From: Escherichia phage SP22
Sequence record: LC519489.1
Reading direction: 5' to 3' (one strand)
DNA length: 64,000 nucleotides
The position numbers were made by a program, and so were the translations under genes. The notes under the pieces are model-generated. The model saw only the letters and a program-made list of their open reading frames with translations. It was not told the DNA's origin and made no database searches. Shown here in pieces: positions 1 to 6,626 of the stretch; position 1 is the first letter of the stretch, and every line of letters begins with the position of its first letter.

Positions 1-93
1 CTCCTTTGTAGAACAAGGCAGACCTACAGCTTTAAGTAAGATGGTACAGTAATCCATACAACAAGTCAAGAACTATTGCAAGTTAAAAAAGTT

Positions 94-118
94 GTTGACA
101 AAGTACTTGACAAGGTGT
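94..118 (+). promoter_or_regulatory. Conserved 25-nt element GTTGACAAaGTACTTGACAAGGTGT (two tandem TTGACAA half-sites); candidate early promoter/operator
   Basis: Near-identical copy (24/25) at 42283-42307 at the head of the other plus-strand early block; -10 hexamers downstream are weak and not conserved. Confidence 0.4.
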
Positions 119-154
119 AGGCTTATAAATACTTAGAAGATAACTTAAAAGGTT

Positions 155-225
155 CCTCTAAAAAGGCTATTTAAACAGATATCTTTCTGGATATCTATCT
201 TTTATCTTAAAAGCCTTTTAAGAGG
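155..225. repeat. Nested inverted repeats upstream of first ORF (outer 13-bp arms 155-167/213-225, inner AGATATC/GATATCT 177-183/190-196)
   Basis: Arms reverse-complementary by eye (outer 12/13, inner 7/7). Confidence 0.45.
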
Positions 226-244
226 TCTTATAAGAGGCATACCA

Positions 245-616
245 ATGAAAAACAGAACAAACAAAGGCCAGTTTAAAAAAGGCCAGTCTGGAAACCCATC
301 TGGAAGACCAAAAGGCTCTCGTAACAAAAGCTCACTTGTAAAAGCTCAACTGACCATTGATAATTCTGCTGAGTTTGCTGCAAAACTGTTTGAGGCGATT
401 GTTACAAGGGACGCTGCTAAGCTTGCAGAGTTCGGGTTAAACACTGACGACGTAACCATCAAGAGCATGATTGAGGTCGGTAAAACTATCATGACTCACT
501 CAGCAGGTGAGATGAAAGCAATTGCAGCAGACACTAAGAAAACCCCTGATAACGGCGGTCAACCTCAGACAGATAACAAACCAACGTTCTCTGCTGTAGC
601 GACTCTCAAAAAATAA
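245..616 (+). CDS. DUF5681-like hypothetical protein
   Basis: N-terminal KGQSGNPSGRPKG motif recalled as DUF5681 signature; ORF track. Confidence 0.45.
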   Translation: MKNRTNKGQFKKGQSGNPSGRPKGSRNKSSLVKAQLTIDNSAEFAAKLFEAIVTRDAAKLAEFGLNTDDVTIKSMIEVGKTIMTHSAGEMKAIAADTKKTPDNGGQPQTDNKPTFSAVATLKK

Positions 617-696
617 TTTTAAAAGGTGTTGACAGACTCTACAAAGTTGTTCTAAAGTCTGTCACATCAAACAACAATGAGAGAAGAGAGTAAAAT

Positions 697-2112
697 ATGA
701 GCAAGTTATTTAAACATGCGCACCTTCATGCAGGTCGAACTGAAAATGGTGCTGTAAACCATACTTCATCAATGTCTGCTCTGGTAGACTTCTACAAAGC
801 CGCTGGCTCAAGCCGTAGCAATGTAGAAATCTTACCAGACCTGTTCTACAAAGCTTTGCGTGAGGATGTTGATGTTGCAGTTCGTATTTTGCTTCACATG
901 CGAGATGTACGAGAAGGTATGGGTGAGCGTAAAGCCTTCAGAACTGTTTTACTTCAAGCAATCGAAGATAAAGTTTTAGAGCCTACACAGGTTCTTCGTA
1001 TTATGGATAAGATTGCAGAACTTGGTCGTTTTGATGACTTCAAAATCTTCGTAGGTACTCGTTTTGAGACAGATGCCTTCAAACATTTAGAAGCAGCATT
1101 ACTAGACCCTGAAACAGCAGGTTTAGCAGCCAAGTGGTTACCACGAGTAAAACCACGACACAAACAGTTTGTAAAACGTTTCTGCAAGTTTGCTAACTTA
1201 AGTGAGAAAGAGTACCGCACACTGTTGTCTGCACTTTCTGATACGGTTGAGCAAAAAATCTCTGCTAATGAGTTCGGTAAGATTGACTACAGCAAGATTC
1301 CTTCACTCGCTGCTGCACGTTACCAAAAACTCTTTAACCGTAAAGATGGAGAACGCTACAAAGCTTACATTGAGTCCTTATCAAAAGGTGAGACTAAGAT
1401 TAACGCTGGTGCTGTTTACCCATACGATGTGATTAAATCTATCAAGTATGGTAATGCAGATGTTGCTAATGAGCAGTGGAAAGCACTACCAAACTGGATG
1501 GCAGAGGGTGAAAACATCTTGTGTATGACTGATGTCTCAAGCTCGATGTCTTGGGTAAATCTTGGTTCAATCACTGCTCTTGATATTGGTGTATCTCTTG
1601 CCTTGTATGTAGCAGAACGCAACACAGGATGCTTTAAGGACGAGTTAATGGTCTATTCAACAAACCCTCATTTCATTGAACTGAGTGGTGATTTGAAAAA
1701 CCGTCATCGTCAGGTGATGCGTCATGTTGAATATGGCTCAACTAACTTACAAGCAGCTTTTGACCGTATTCTTGAGACAGGTAAGAGAAACAACTTGACT
1801 CAGAAAGATATGCCAAGTAAGCTTATCATCTTCTCTGATATGGAGTTCAATCAGGTTGATGGTGCAAATGGTCGTACAAACTTTGAAGAAATTCGCAGTA
1901 AGTACAAAAAAGCTGGATATGAGATGCCACAACTGGTATTCTGGTACTTAGCAAACCGTAATGGTACTTGCGAAGTGTCTGTTAAGGATAACGGTGTAGC
2001 AATGGTATCAGGGTTCTCTCCAGCCACTTTAAAAGCTCTGCTTGGTGGTGAGAAGTTTGACCCAATCAGCGTAATGCTCAAAGCAGTAATGATTGACCGT
2101 TACATCTGGTAA
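697..2112 (+). CDS. vWA-domain protein with alpha-helical N-terminal region (DUF2828/TROVE-like)
   Basis: MIDAS-type DVSSSMS motif and LIIFSDMEF strand in C-terminal half; RDVREGMGER motif N-terminal; 471 aa. Confidence 0.5.
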   Translation: MSKLFKHAHLHAGRTENGAVNHTSSMSALVDFYKAAGSSRSNVEILPDLFYKALREDVDVAVRILLHMRDVREGMGERKAFRTVLLQAIEDKVLEPTQVLRIMDKIAELGRFDDFKIFVGTRFETDAFKHLEAALLDPETAGLAAKWLPRVKPRHKQFVKRFCKFANLSEKEYRTLLSALSDTVEQKISANEFGKIDYSKIPSLAAARYQKLFNRKDGERYKAYIESLSKGETKINAGAVYPYDVIKSIKYGNADVANEQWKALPNWMAEGENILCMTDVSSSMSWVNLGSITALDIGVSLALYVAERNTGCFKDELMVYSTNPHFIELSGDLKNRHRQVMRHVEYGSTNLQAAFDRILETGKRNNLTQKDMPSKLIIFSDMEFNQVDGANGRTNFEEIRSKYKKAGYEMPQLVFWYLANRNGTCEVSVKDNGVAMVSGFSPATLKALLGGEKFDPISVMLKAVMIDRYIW

Positions 2113-2130
2113 AAAGTTTTAAAAAGGGTA

Positions 2131-2159
2131 TTGACAATGTGTTTAATACCCTTTAATAT
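2131..2159 (+). promoter_or_regulatory. Sigma70-like promoter TTGACA-N17-TAATAT heading the tRNA array, embedded in hairpin AGGGTATT/AATACCCT (2124-2151)
   Basis: Hexamers and 17-nt spacing read directly; flanking 8-bp inverted repeat. Confidence 0.4.
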
Positions 2160-2382
2160 GTTCTACATAGAAACGAAATGAGAGCTTTTCTAAGATACTG
2201 AAAAATATTTTAAAAAAGTTCTTGACAACTACTAAAAAATAATGTTAAAGTGGTTACATAGAGTTTGAAAATGACAGTACTGACCGGAACATCGAAAGAT
2301 GGGTACTGCGCCGGGGTTTTACACCCTCCCAGCCTGAGAGCGGGATAACCAAAGGAAAGACCGAATTTATTAAAAAGTTTAT

Positions 2383-2459
2383 CTCTGTTTAGCTCAGCTT
2401 GGTAGAGCGTTCCGTTTGGGGCGGTAAGGCCGGAGGTTCAAGTCCTCCAACAGAGACCA
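2383..2459 (+). tRNA. tRNA-Pro(TGG)
   Basis: Acceptor ctctgtt/aacagag, D-arm AGCTCAGCTTGGTAGAGC, anticodon loop TTTGGGG, T-loop TTCAAGT, CCA encoded. Confidence 0.7.
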
Positions 2460-2466
2460 AATTAAT

Positions 2467-2544
2467 GTTCCAGTAGACAAAATGGTAAAGTCACCACTCT
2501 TTCAAAGTGGATATTTGAGGGTTCAAATCCCTTCTGGAACGCCA
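2467..2544 (+). tRNA. tRNA-Glu(TTC)
   Basis: Acceptor gttccag/ctggaac, anticodon stem ccact/agtgg, loop CTTTCAA, T-loop TTCAAAT, CCA encoded. Confidence 0.7.
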
Positions 2545-2635
2545 GTTTTGACAGAAGACCAATTACAGCAAACTTAATCTTATTCATCTGAAGGTAAATC
2601 GGACAAAGAAGAGATTTGGTTTGGTCATTAAGAAT

Positions 2636-2712
2636 TGCGGGTATAGAGAAAGGGCGTCTCACATGTCTCATTAGCATGGTATCGGCAGGTTCGACTCCTG
2701 CACCCGCCTCCA
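2636..2712 (+). tRNA. tRNA-Met(CAT) type, with U1-C72 mismatch or extra nucleotide before the D-stem
   Basis: Anticodon stem catgt/gcatg, loop CTCATTA, D-stem gaga/tctc, T-arm gcagg-TTCGACT-cctgc, CCA encoded; acceptor register ambiguous. Confidence 0.6.
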
Positions 2713-2789
2713 ATTTTGCAGAAGACCGTATTCAGCAACAAAATACTTTTTGCGGATAAAAGAAAAAACACGGTCTGGCAATGTATTAA

Positions 2790-2866
2790 GGTTAGGAAGC
2801 ACATAAGGTATGTGCGGTCGCCTGTTAAGCGAATGGCACAGGGTTCGAATCCCTGACTAACCGCCA
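2790..2866 (+). tRNA. tRNA-Asn(GTT)
   Basis: Acceptor ggttagg/actaacc, anticodon loop CTGTTAA, T-arm caggg-TTCGAAT-ccctg, CCA encoded. Confidence 0.7.
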
Positions 2867-2935
2867 AATTTAGGAGAGAAGCGATTGCTCACCGATTTGT
2901 AAGGTGCAAGTCCTTAGCCTGAATAGAAATTAAAT

Positions 2936-3023
2936 GTGTCGTTATCCCGTAGATGGTAGCGGTGGGGACTGTAAATCCCTTGTCATTGAGACTCGGTAGG
3001 TTCGACTCCTACACGGCACACCA
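2936..3023 (+). tRNA. tRNA-Tyr(GTA), type II (long variable arm)
   Basis: Acceptor gtgtcgt/acggcac, anticodon stem gggga/tccct, loop CTGTAAA, about 15-nt variable arm, T-loop TTCGACT, CCA encoded. Confidence 0.65.
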
Positions 3024-3029
3024 AATAAA

Positions 3030-3106
3030 GGTTATGTAGTTTAACTGGTTAAAATACTCCCCTGTCACGGGAGATGATGAGGGTTCAAATCCCTTCGTAA
3101 CCGCCA
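3030..3106 (+). tRNA. tRNA-Asp(GTC)
   Basis: Acceptor ggttatg/cgtaacc, D-stem gttt/aaat, anticodon stem ctccc/gggag, loop CTGTCAC, T-loop TTCAAAT, CCA encoded. Confidence 0.75.
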
Positions 3107-3318
3107 AATTATAATAAGTATTTCAAAATGATGTTTTGAGAGGGCTATTTAGCCCCTCCCTTAAAGAGTTCTTACGAGTATTCTTTAAAGGAGCAGAAGA
3201 CCAAATTCAGCAAGTACGTATGAAATTTTCAAGCCAATTTAATTTTGAAAAAATTTAAAACTTGGTCTGGCTCAACAAATTTACAGAAGACCGTTTACAG
3301 CAAACTTTAAACAATCTA

Positions 3319-3392
3319 TTTCTCCGGTAAAGAAAAGGCGAAGGTTCGATTCCTTCACTCGGCAGATGTCGAGTTGGTGTAATGGTAGCACT
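3319..3392 (+). tRNA. Circularly permuted tRNA-Thr(GGT)-like locus: 3' portion (anticodon arm, T-arm, acceptor 3' strand; 3319-3364) lies upstream of 5' portion (acceptor 5' strand, D-arm; 3368-3392)
   Basis: Anticodon arm tttct-CCGGTAA-agaaa, T-arm gaagg-TTCGATT-ccttc, 3' strand actcggc, linker, 5' strand gtcgagt (7/7 pairs incl. one G-U), D-arm gtgt-AATGGTA-gcac; no partner halves in the conventional order nearby. Confidence 0.35.
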
Positions 3393-3564
3393 TAAGATGA
3401 TAAACAACGGTCTGGTAATTATCTTTGTAGATAAGTTATTAAGCTTACCTGTGAGTATGCGACCACAAAGGGTGAAATGGTAAATTCTAGATTTAAACCC
3501 AACAATGCACATCGCTACAGACCTTAAGCAAGTCTGGGTAGCTTATCTACAAAGATAATTTAAT

Positions 3565-3640
3565 GGAAGTGTAGCAGAATGGTGATGCGGCAGACTTTTA
3601 ATCTGACAGGCGATGGGTTCGAATCCCTCCACTTCTACCA
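3565..3640 (+). tRNA. tRNA-Lys(TTT)
   Basis: Acceptor ggaagtg/cacttct, anticodon loop CTTTTAA, T-loop TTCGAAT, CCA encoded; T-stem has a bulge (gatggg/ccctc), shared with the Lys(CTT) paralogue. Confidence 0.65.
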
Positions 3641-3644
3641 ATAT

Positions 3645-3721
3645 GGTTCAGTCGCAGATAAGGTAATGCAGGGGTTTCATAAGCCCTATGAATGTGGGTT
3701 CGATTCCCATCTGAACCTCCA
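3645..3721 (+). tRNA. tRNA-Met(CAT) type (elongator Met or Ile2 not distinguishable)
   Basis: Acceptor ggttcag/ctgaacc, anticodon stem ggggt/gccct, loop TTCATAA, T-arm gtggg-TTCGATT-cccat, CCA encoded. Confidence 0.7.
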
Positions 3722-3722
3722 A

Positions 3723-3798
3723 GCTGGTATAGTTAAGAAGGTTATAACACTCCCCTGATAAGGGAACATCGGTGGTTCGATTCCACCTACCAGTACCA
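3723..3798 (+). tRNA. tRNA-Ile(GAT)
   Basis: Acceptor gctggta/taccagt, D-stem gtta/taac, anticodon loop CTGATAA, T-arm ggtgg-TTCGATT-ccacc, CCA encoded. Confidence 0.75.
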
Positions 3799-3813
3799 AT
3801 TTCAATAAAGTTG

Positions 3814-3842
3814 TTGACATTGAGATGTGACTACTTTATAGT
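3814..3842 (+). promoter_or_regulatory. Sigma70-like promoter TTGACA-N17-TATAGT inside the tRNA array
   Basis: Hexamers and spacing read directly; followed by about 290 nt with no tRNA or ORF. Confidence 0.5.
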
Positions 3843-4136
3843 AACTGAAAATGATTCAGCATATGTATAATTCAAACACCAATACATGAGCGTTAGACGT
3901 AACACAATGTGGGGAAATTTGTTGTACATATTCTGAATAGTTTTCGTTGCGTAGCGTCTATTTTGCAAATTTAAAATAAATGCAAACGACAATGTTTTTC
4001 TGGCAGTAGCTTGATAGGCTAAACACCAGTGAGGTCTTCCAATCCCTCATCAAAGAATTTGGCGTACTCGCCCACGGTATGATTAATAAGGTGGGCATCT
4101 TTAAGGGCTTTCTAAGAGAGTCTTTAAAGATAATTA

Positions 4137-4218
4137 CGGGGCGTATCTCAGCGGTCTTCTAAACCGCCGTTAACCGAGTAAGTGGAGTATGCGGGTTCGA
4201 GTCCTGCCGCCTCGACCA
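4137..4218 (+). tRNA. Atypical tRNA-like gene, anticodon TCT (Arg), no recognisable D-arm and a 23-nt extra region; possible pseudo-tRNA
   Basis: Acceptor cggggcg/cgcctcg, perfect hairpin gcggt-CTTCTAA-accgc, T-arm gcggg-TTCGAGT-cctgc, CCA encoded; only 7 nt between acceptor and anticodon stem. Confidence 0.35.
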
Positions 4219-4232
4219 ATTTTGGAGAAATC

Positions 4233-4580
4233 ATGAAAACTTGTATTAGGTGCAAACTTAGCAAGGATGAAAATGATTTCTACATGAAAGATGGTAAGAG
4301 AACTCATTCATACTGTAAAAAGTGTGTTAATGAGCAAACCATAGAAAGACAAAGAGCACTTAAACTTTCAGCTATTGAGTACAAAGGTGGGGTTTGTCAT
4401 GATTGTGGTAAAAGGTATCATCCAGCAGTGTATGACTTCCATCATTTGAATCCTTCAGAGAAAGATTTTAACATTGGTCATAGAAAAAGTCTGAAGTTCT
4501 CTCAAGAACTAAAAGATGAACTTGACAAATGTGTTTTGCTATGTTCAAATTGCCATAGGGTAAGACATGCAAAGTATTAG
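4233..4580 (+). CDS. HNH homing endonuclease
   Basis: HNH motifs (YDFHHLNPSEKDFNIGH ... LLCSNCHRVRH); start placed at ATG after GGAG; upstream extension in the ORF track overlaps the tRNA-like gene. Confidence 0.7.
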   Translation: MKTCIRCKLSKDENDFYMKDGKRTHSYCKKCVNEQTIERQRALKLSAIEYKGGVCHDCGKRYHPAVYDFHHLNPSEKDFNIGHRKSLKFSQELKDELDKCVLLCSNCHRVRHAKY

Positions 4581-4717
4581 TTAGCAGATTGCTTAGACGA
4601 CCTTATCGGGTCTCCGTGTAAGGAGGTGGTCTGTATCTCATGTTTTCCAGAACATGTAAATAATCTGAGAAGGGGCTTTACAGTGTTGCGAAAATACGGT
4701 AAGCTTCGAATTACAAT

Positions 4718-4800
4718 ATGGGACGATGTTAAGACTCTAAGGCATGAGCAACGGCCTCCAAAACCGTTTCAAAGGGGTTCAACTCCTCCGTCCCATGCCA
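4718..4800 (+). tRNA. tRNA-Trp(CCA)-like with a 7-nt insertion between acceptor and D-arm
   Basis: Acceptor atgggac/gtcccat (7/7), D-arm ctc-TAAGGCAT-gag, anticodon loop CTCCAAA, T-loop TTCAACT, CCA encoded; would complete the 20-amino-acid set. Confidence 0.45.
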
Positions 4801-4813
4801 AAGTCTTATTAGG

Positions 4814-4901
4814 GGTAGGTAGCGGCTAATGGCAGCCAAACAGTCTTGAAAACTGTTGCCACTGTAGAGATACGGTGAGGGTTCGACTCCTTTACTTACC
4901 G
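4814..4901 (+). tRNA. tRNA-Ser(TGA), type II
   Basis: Acceptor ggtaggt/acttacc, D-arm ggc-TAATGGCA-gcc, anticodon stem acagt/actgt, loop CTTGAAA, long variable arm, T-loop TTCGACT; CCA not encoded. Confidence 0.65.
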
Positions 4902-5057
4902 CCTAATAAGATTTATACCGTCCATGCTTGCTCGCATTTTCGGTTTATCCTCGTGTATTGGTTGTACACACTGATAAAGCACCTAGTAGGTGTCACGGAG
5001 AAGAGATAATATCAAGCTCTCCAAAGGTTCTAGTCACCGGATTAAACAAGACTATGC

Positions 5058-5079
5058 AAAGACCAAATTAGGTCTTTTT
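5058..5079 (+). terminator. Weak rho-independent terminator-like hairpin (AAAGACC/GGTCTTT + T-run)
   Basis: Inverted repeat and T-tract read directly; AT-rich stem. Confidence 0.3.
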
Positions 5080-5171
5080 AGAGGGCTTCTAAGGTTATTA
5101 CAGCTTGTTGTGGAACCTTGTTGCTTAGGTTCTTAGAAGTTCTCTAAAAAGATTTAATGGGAGATTGACAC

Positions 5172-5624
5172 ATGGCACGTAGCAGTTTGACTAAAGATAT
5201 TCTTGAACCTTTAGTAAAGGATTCAGTATCATTCAGAGAAGTACTTATTAAGCTTGGGAGAAAACCAGCAGGTGGTTCTCAGTCACATCTAAAGCGTGTT
5301 ATAGAGAAGTTTGAAATAGACACTTCTCATTTCCTCGGACAAAAGGCTGGTAAGGTTAAAACTGTACCAAAAAGAAAGCCTGAAGAAATACTAATTCTGC
5401 GTGAATCTGGTGAAAGAGCTAGGTCTTCACAACTAAGAAGAGCTTTAATAGCCTCTGGTGTCGAATACAAATGCTCTAAATGTGGTCAGTTACCGTATTG
5501 GTTGGGTAACCCTCTAACTCTTGATGTTGACCACATTAACGAGAACTGGTTAGATGATAGAAAAGAGAATCTTCGGTTCTTGTGTCCAAATTGCCACAGT
5601 CAATTCTCAAGACATTTGATTTAA
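5172..5624 (+). CDS. HNH homing endonuclease
   Basis: HNH motif LDVDHINENWLDDRKENLRFLCPNCH; GGGAG RBS upstream. Confidence 0.7.
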   Translation: MARSSLTKDILEPLVKDSVSFREVLIKLGRKPAGGSQSHLKRVIEKFEIDTSHFLGQKAGKVKTVPKRKPEEILILRESGERARSSQLRRALIASGVEYKCSKCGQLPYWLGNPLTLDVDHINENWLDDRKENLRFLCPNCHSQFSRHLI

Positions 5625-5625
5625 T

Positions 5626-5702
5626 GCACCTATAGCCCAACTGGTAGAGGCAGCAGACTTAGAATCTGCTCAGTGTGAGTTCGAATCTCTCTAGGTGTAC
5701 CA
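5626..5702 (+). tRNA. tRNA-Leu(TAG) by anticodon, type I length (short variable arm)
   Basis: Acceptor gcaccta/taggtgt, anticodon stem gcaga/tctgc, loop CTTAGAA, 5-nt variable region, T-loop TTCGAAT, CCA encoded. Confidence 0.6.
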
Positions 5703-5709
5703 AATTAAT

Positions 5710-5785
5710 GCAGGTGTAGCAAAATGGTTATGCGGCTGACTCTTAATCAGTAAGACGATGGGTTCAATTCCCTCCACCTGTACCA
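5710..5785 (+). tRNA. tRNA-Lys(CTT)
   Basis: Acceptor gcaggtg/cacctgt, anticodon stem ctga/tcag, loop CTCTTAA, T-loop TTCAATT, CCA encoded. Confidence 0.65.
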
Positions 5786-5791
5786 AACATT

Positions 5792-5867
5792 GGGGATGTA
5801 GTTTACATGGTTAAAACATAAGTTTTGCAAACTTAAGTACAGGGTTCAATTCCCTGCTTCTCCACCA
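5792..5867 (+). tRNA. tRNA-Ala(TGC)
   Basis: G3-U70 wobble pair present (Ala identity element), D-stem gttt/aaac, anticodon stem taagt/actta, loop TTTGCAA, T-arm caggg-TTCAATT-ccctg, CCA encoded. Confidence 0.75.
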
Positions 5868-5873
5868 ATTAGT

Positions 5874-5948
5874 GCATCCATAGTTTAAACGGGAAAATTA
5901 CAGTCTTCCAAACTGAGGTTGAGGGTTCGATTCCCTCTGGATGCTCCA
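5874..5948 (+). tRNA. tRNA-Gly(TCC)
   Basis: Acceptor gcatcca/tggatgc, anticodon loop CTTCCAA, T-arm gaggg-TTCGATT-ccctc, CCA encoded. Confidence 0.75.
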
Positions 5949-5962
5949 AATTAAGGTGTGAT

Positions 5963-6376
5963 ATGAAAATATGTAGTACTTGCAGAATACCAAAAGATGA
6001 AAGCTTATTCCATAAGAATAAGAACAAGAAAGATGGTCTTCAAAGTCAATGCAAAGACTGTGCAAGACTTCGTGATGCAAAGAGTTATCAAGCAAATGAT
6101 AAAAGGAAAGAGGCTATCAAAAGCACTCGTAACTTCAAGAGGGAGTATAATAAAACTCTAGCTAGAAGGTACAAAGCTTTATGCAAATGTCATATATGTG
6201 GTGAGAAAGAACCAGCTGCACTGGATTTACACCATACAGACCCTTCCCAGAAAGATTTGAATCCTGCATCACTTTATTCATACTCCACAAAAAGATTAAA
6301 AGATGAAATCAGAAAGTGTATCGTCTTGTGTGCTAACTGTCACAGAAAAGTACACGCTGGTATCATACAAGTTTAA
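5963..6376 (+). CDS. HNH homing endonuclease
   Basis: HNH motifs LDLHHTDPSQKDLNPA ... VLCANCHRKVH; Cys-rich N-terminus. Confidence 0.7.
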   Translation: MKICSTCRIPKDESLFHKNKNKKDGLQSQCKDCARLRDAKSYQANDKRKEAIKSTRNFKREYNKTLARRYKALCKCHICGEKEPAALDLHHTDPSQKDLNPASLYSYSTKRLKDEIRKCIVLCANCHRKVHAGIIQV

Positions 6377-6377
6377 T

Positions 6378-6454
6378 GCTGCTTTCGTATAATTGGCTAT
6401 TACACATCCCTTGTAAGGATGGAAATGCAGGTTCGAGTCCTGTGAGCAGCACCA
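6378..6454 (+). tRNA. tRNA-Thr(TGT)
   Basis: Acceptor gctgctt/gagcagc, anticodon stem catcc/ggatg, loop CTTGTAA, T-arm gcagg-TTCGAGT-cctgt, CCA encoded. Confidence 0.75.
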
Positions 6455-6550
6455 ATTTAGAGGTCAAGTGAAAGACCGCTTTGAGTCAACTGAAGACCGT
6501 AACAAATCCCACGGAGTTGAGTTAGCGGCACAACTTCAGACCTCTTTCAT

Positions 6551-6625
6551 ACTCGCTTAGTTTATATGGTAAAACATCACCCTTACAAGATGAAGAAAAA
6601 GGTTCAAGTCCTTTAGTGAGTACCA
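6551..6625 (+). tRNA. tRNA-Val(TAC)
   Basis: Acceptor actcgct/agtgagt, D-arm gttt-ATATGGTA-aaac, anticodon loop CTTACAA, T-arm aaagg-TTCAAGT-ccttt, CCA encoded. Confidence 0.7.
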
Positions 6626-6626
6626 T

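Larger units (their letters stand above)
2552..3305 (+). repeat. Recurrent intergenic motif CAGAAGACC-N3-TT-N-CAGCAA, four copies (2552-2573, 2719-2740, 3194-3214, 3284-3305)
   Basis: Read directly; degenerate fifth copy CTGAAGACCGTAACAAATCC at 6486-6505; copies 1 and 2 sit a few nt after a tRNA CCA end. Confidence 0.55.

Noticed and set aside
2462-2867. Minus-strand ORFs 2462-2713 and 2628-2867 from the six-frame track
   Set aside because: Entirely overlap tRNA genes (Glu, Met, Asn); peptide sequences are low-complexity read-through of tRNA sequence
2552-3305. Possibility that the recurrent intergenic motif is a CRISPR array
   Set aside because: Copies are degenerate, irregularly spaced (about 80 to 560 nt) and separated by tRNA genes; no repeat-spacer periodicity
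3255-3512. Minus-strand ORF 3255-3512 (85 aa)
   Set aside because: Covers the permuted tRNA-like locus and motif repeats; no RBS or coding signal
4182-4232. Upstream extension of the HNH ORF (track start 4182)
   Set aside because: Begins with GTG inside the tRNA-like T-arm; the ATG at 4233 with GGAG upstream is the more plausible start
4626-4829. Plus-strand ORF 4626-4829 (67 aa)
   Set aside because: Overlaps the tRNA-Trp-like and tRNA-Ser genes
5898-6095. Minus-strand ORF 5898-6095
   Set aside because: Overlaps tRNA-Gly and is antisense to the HNH gene start
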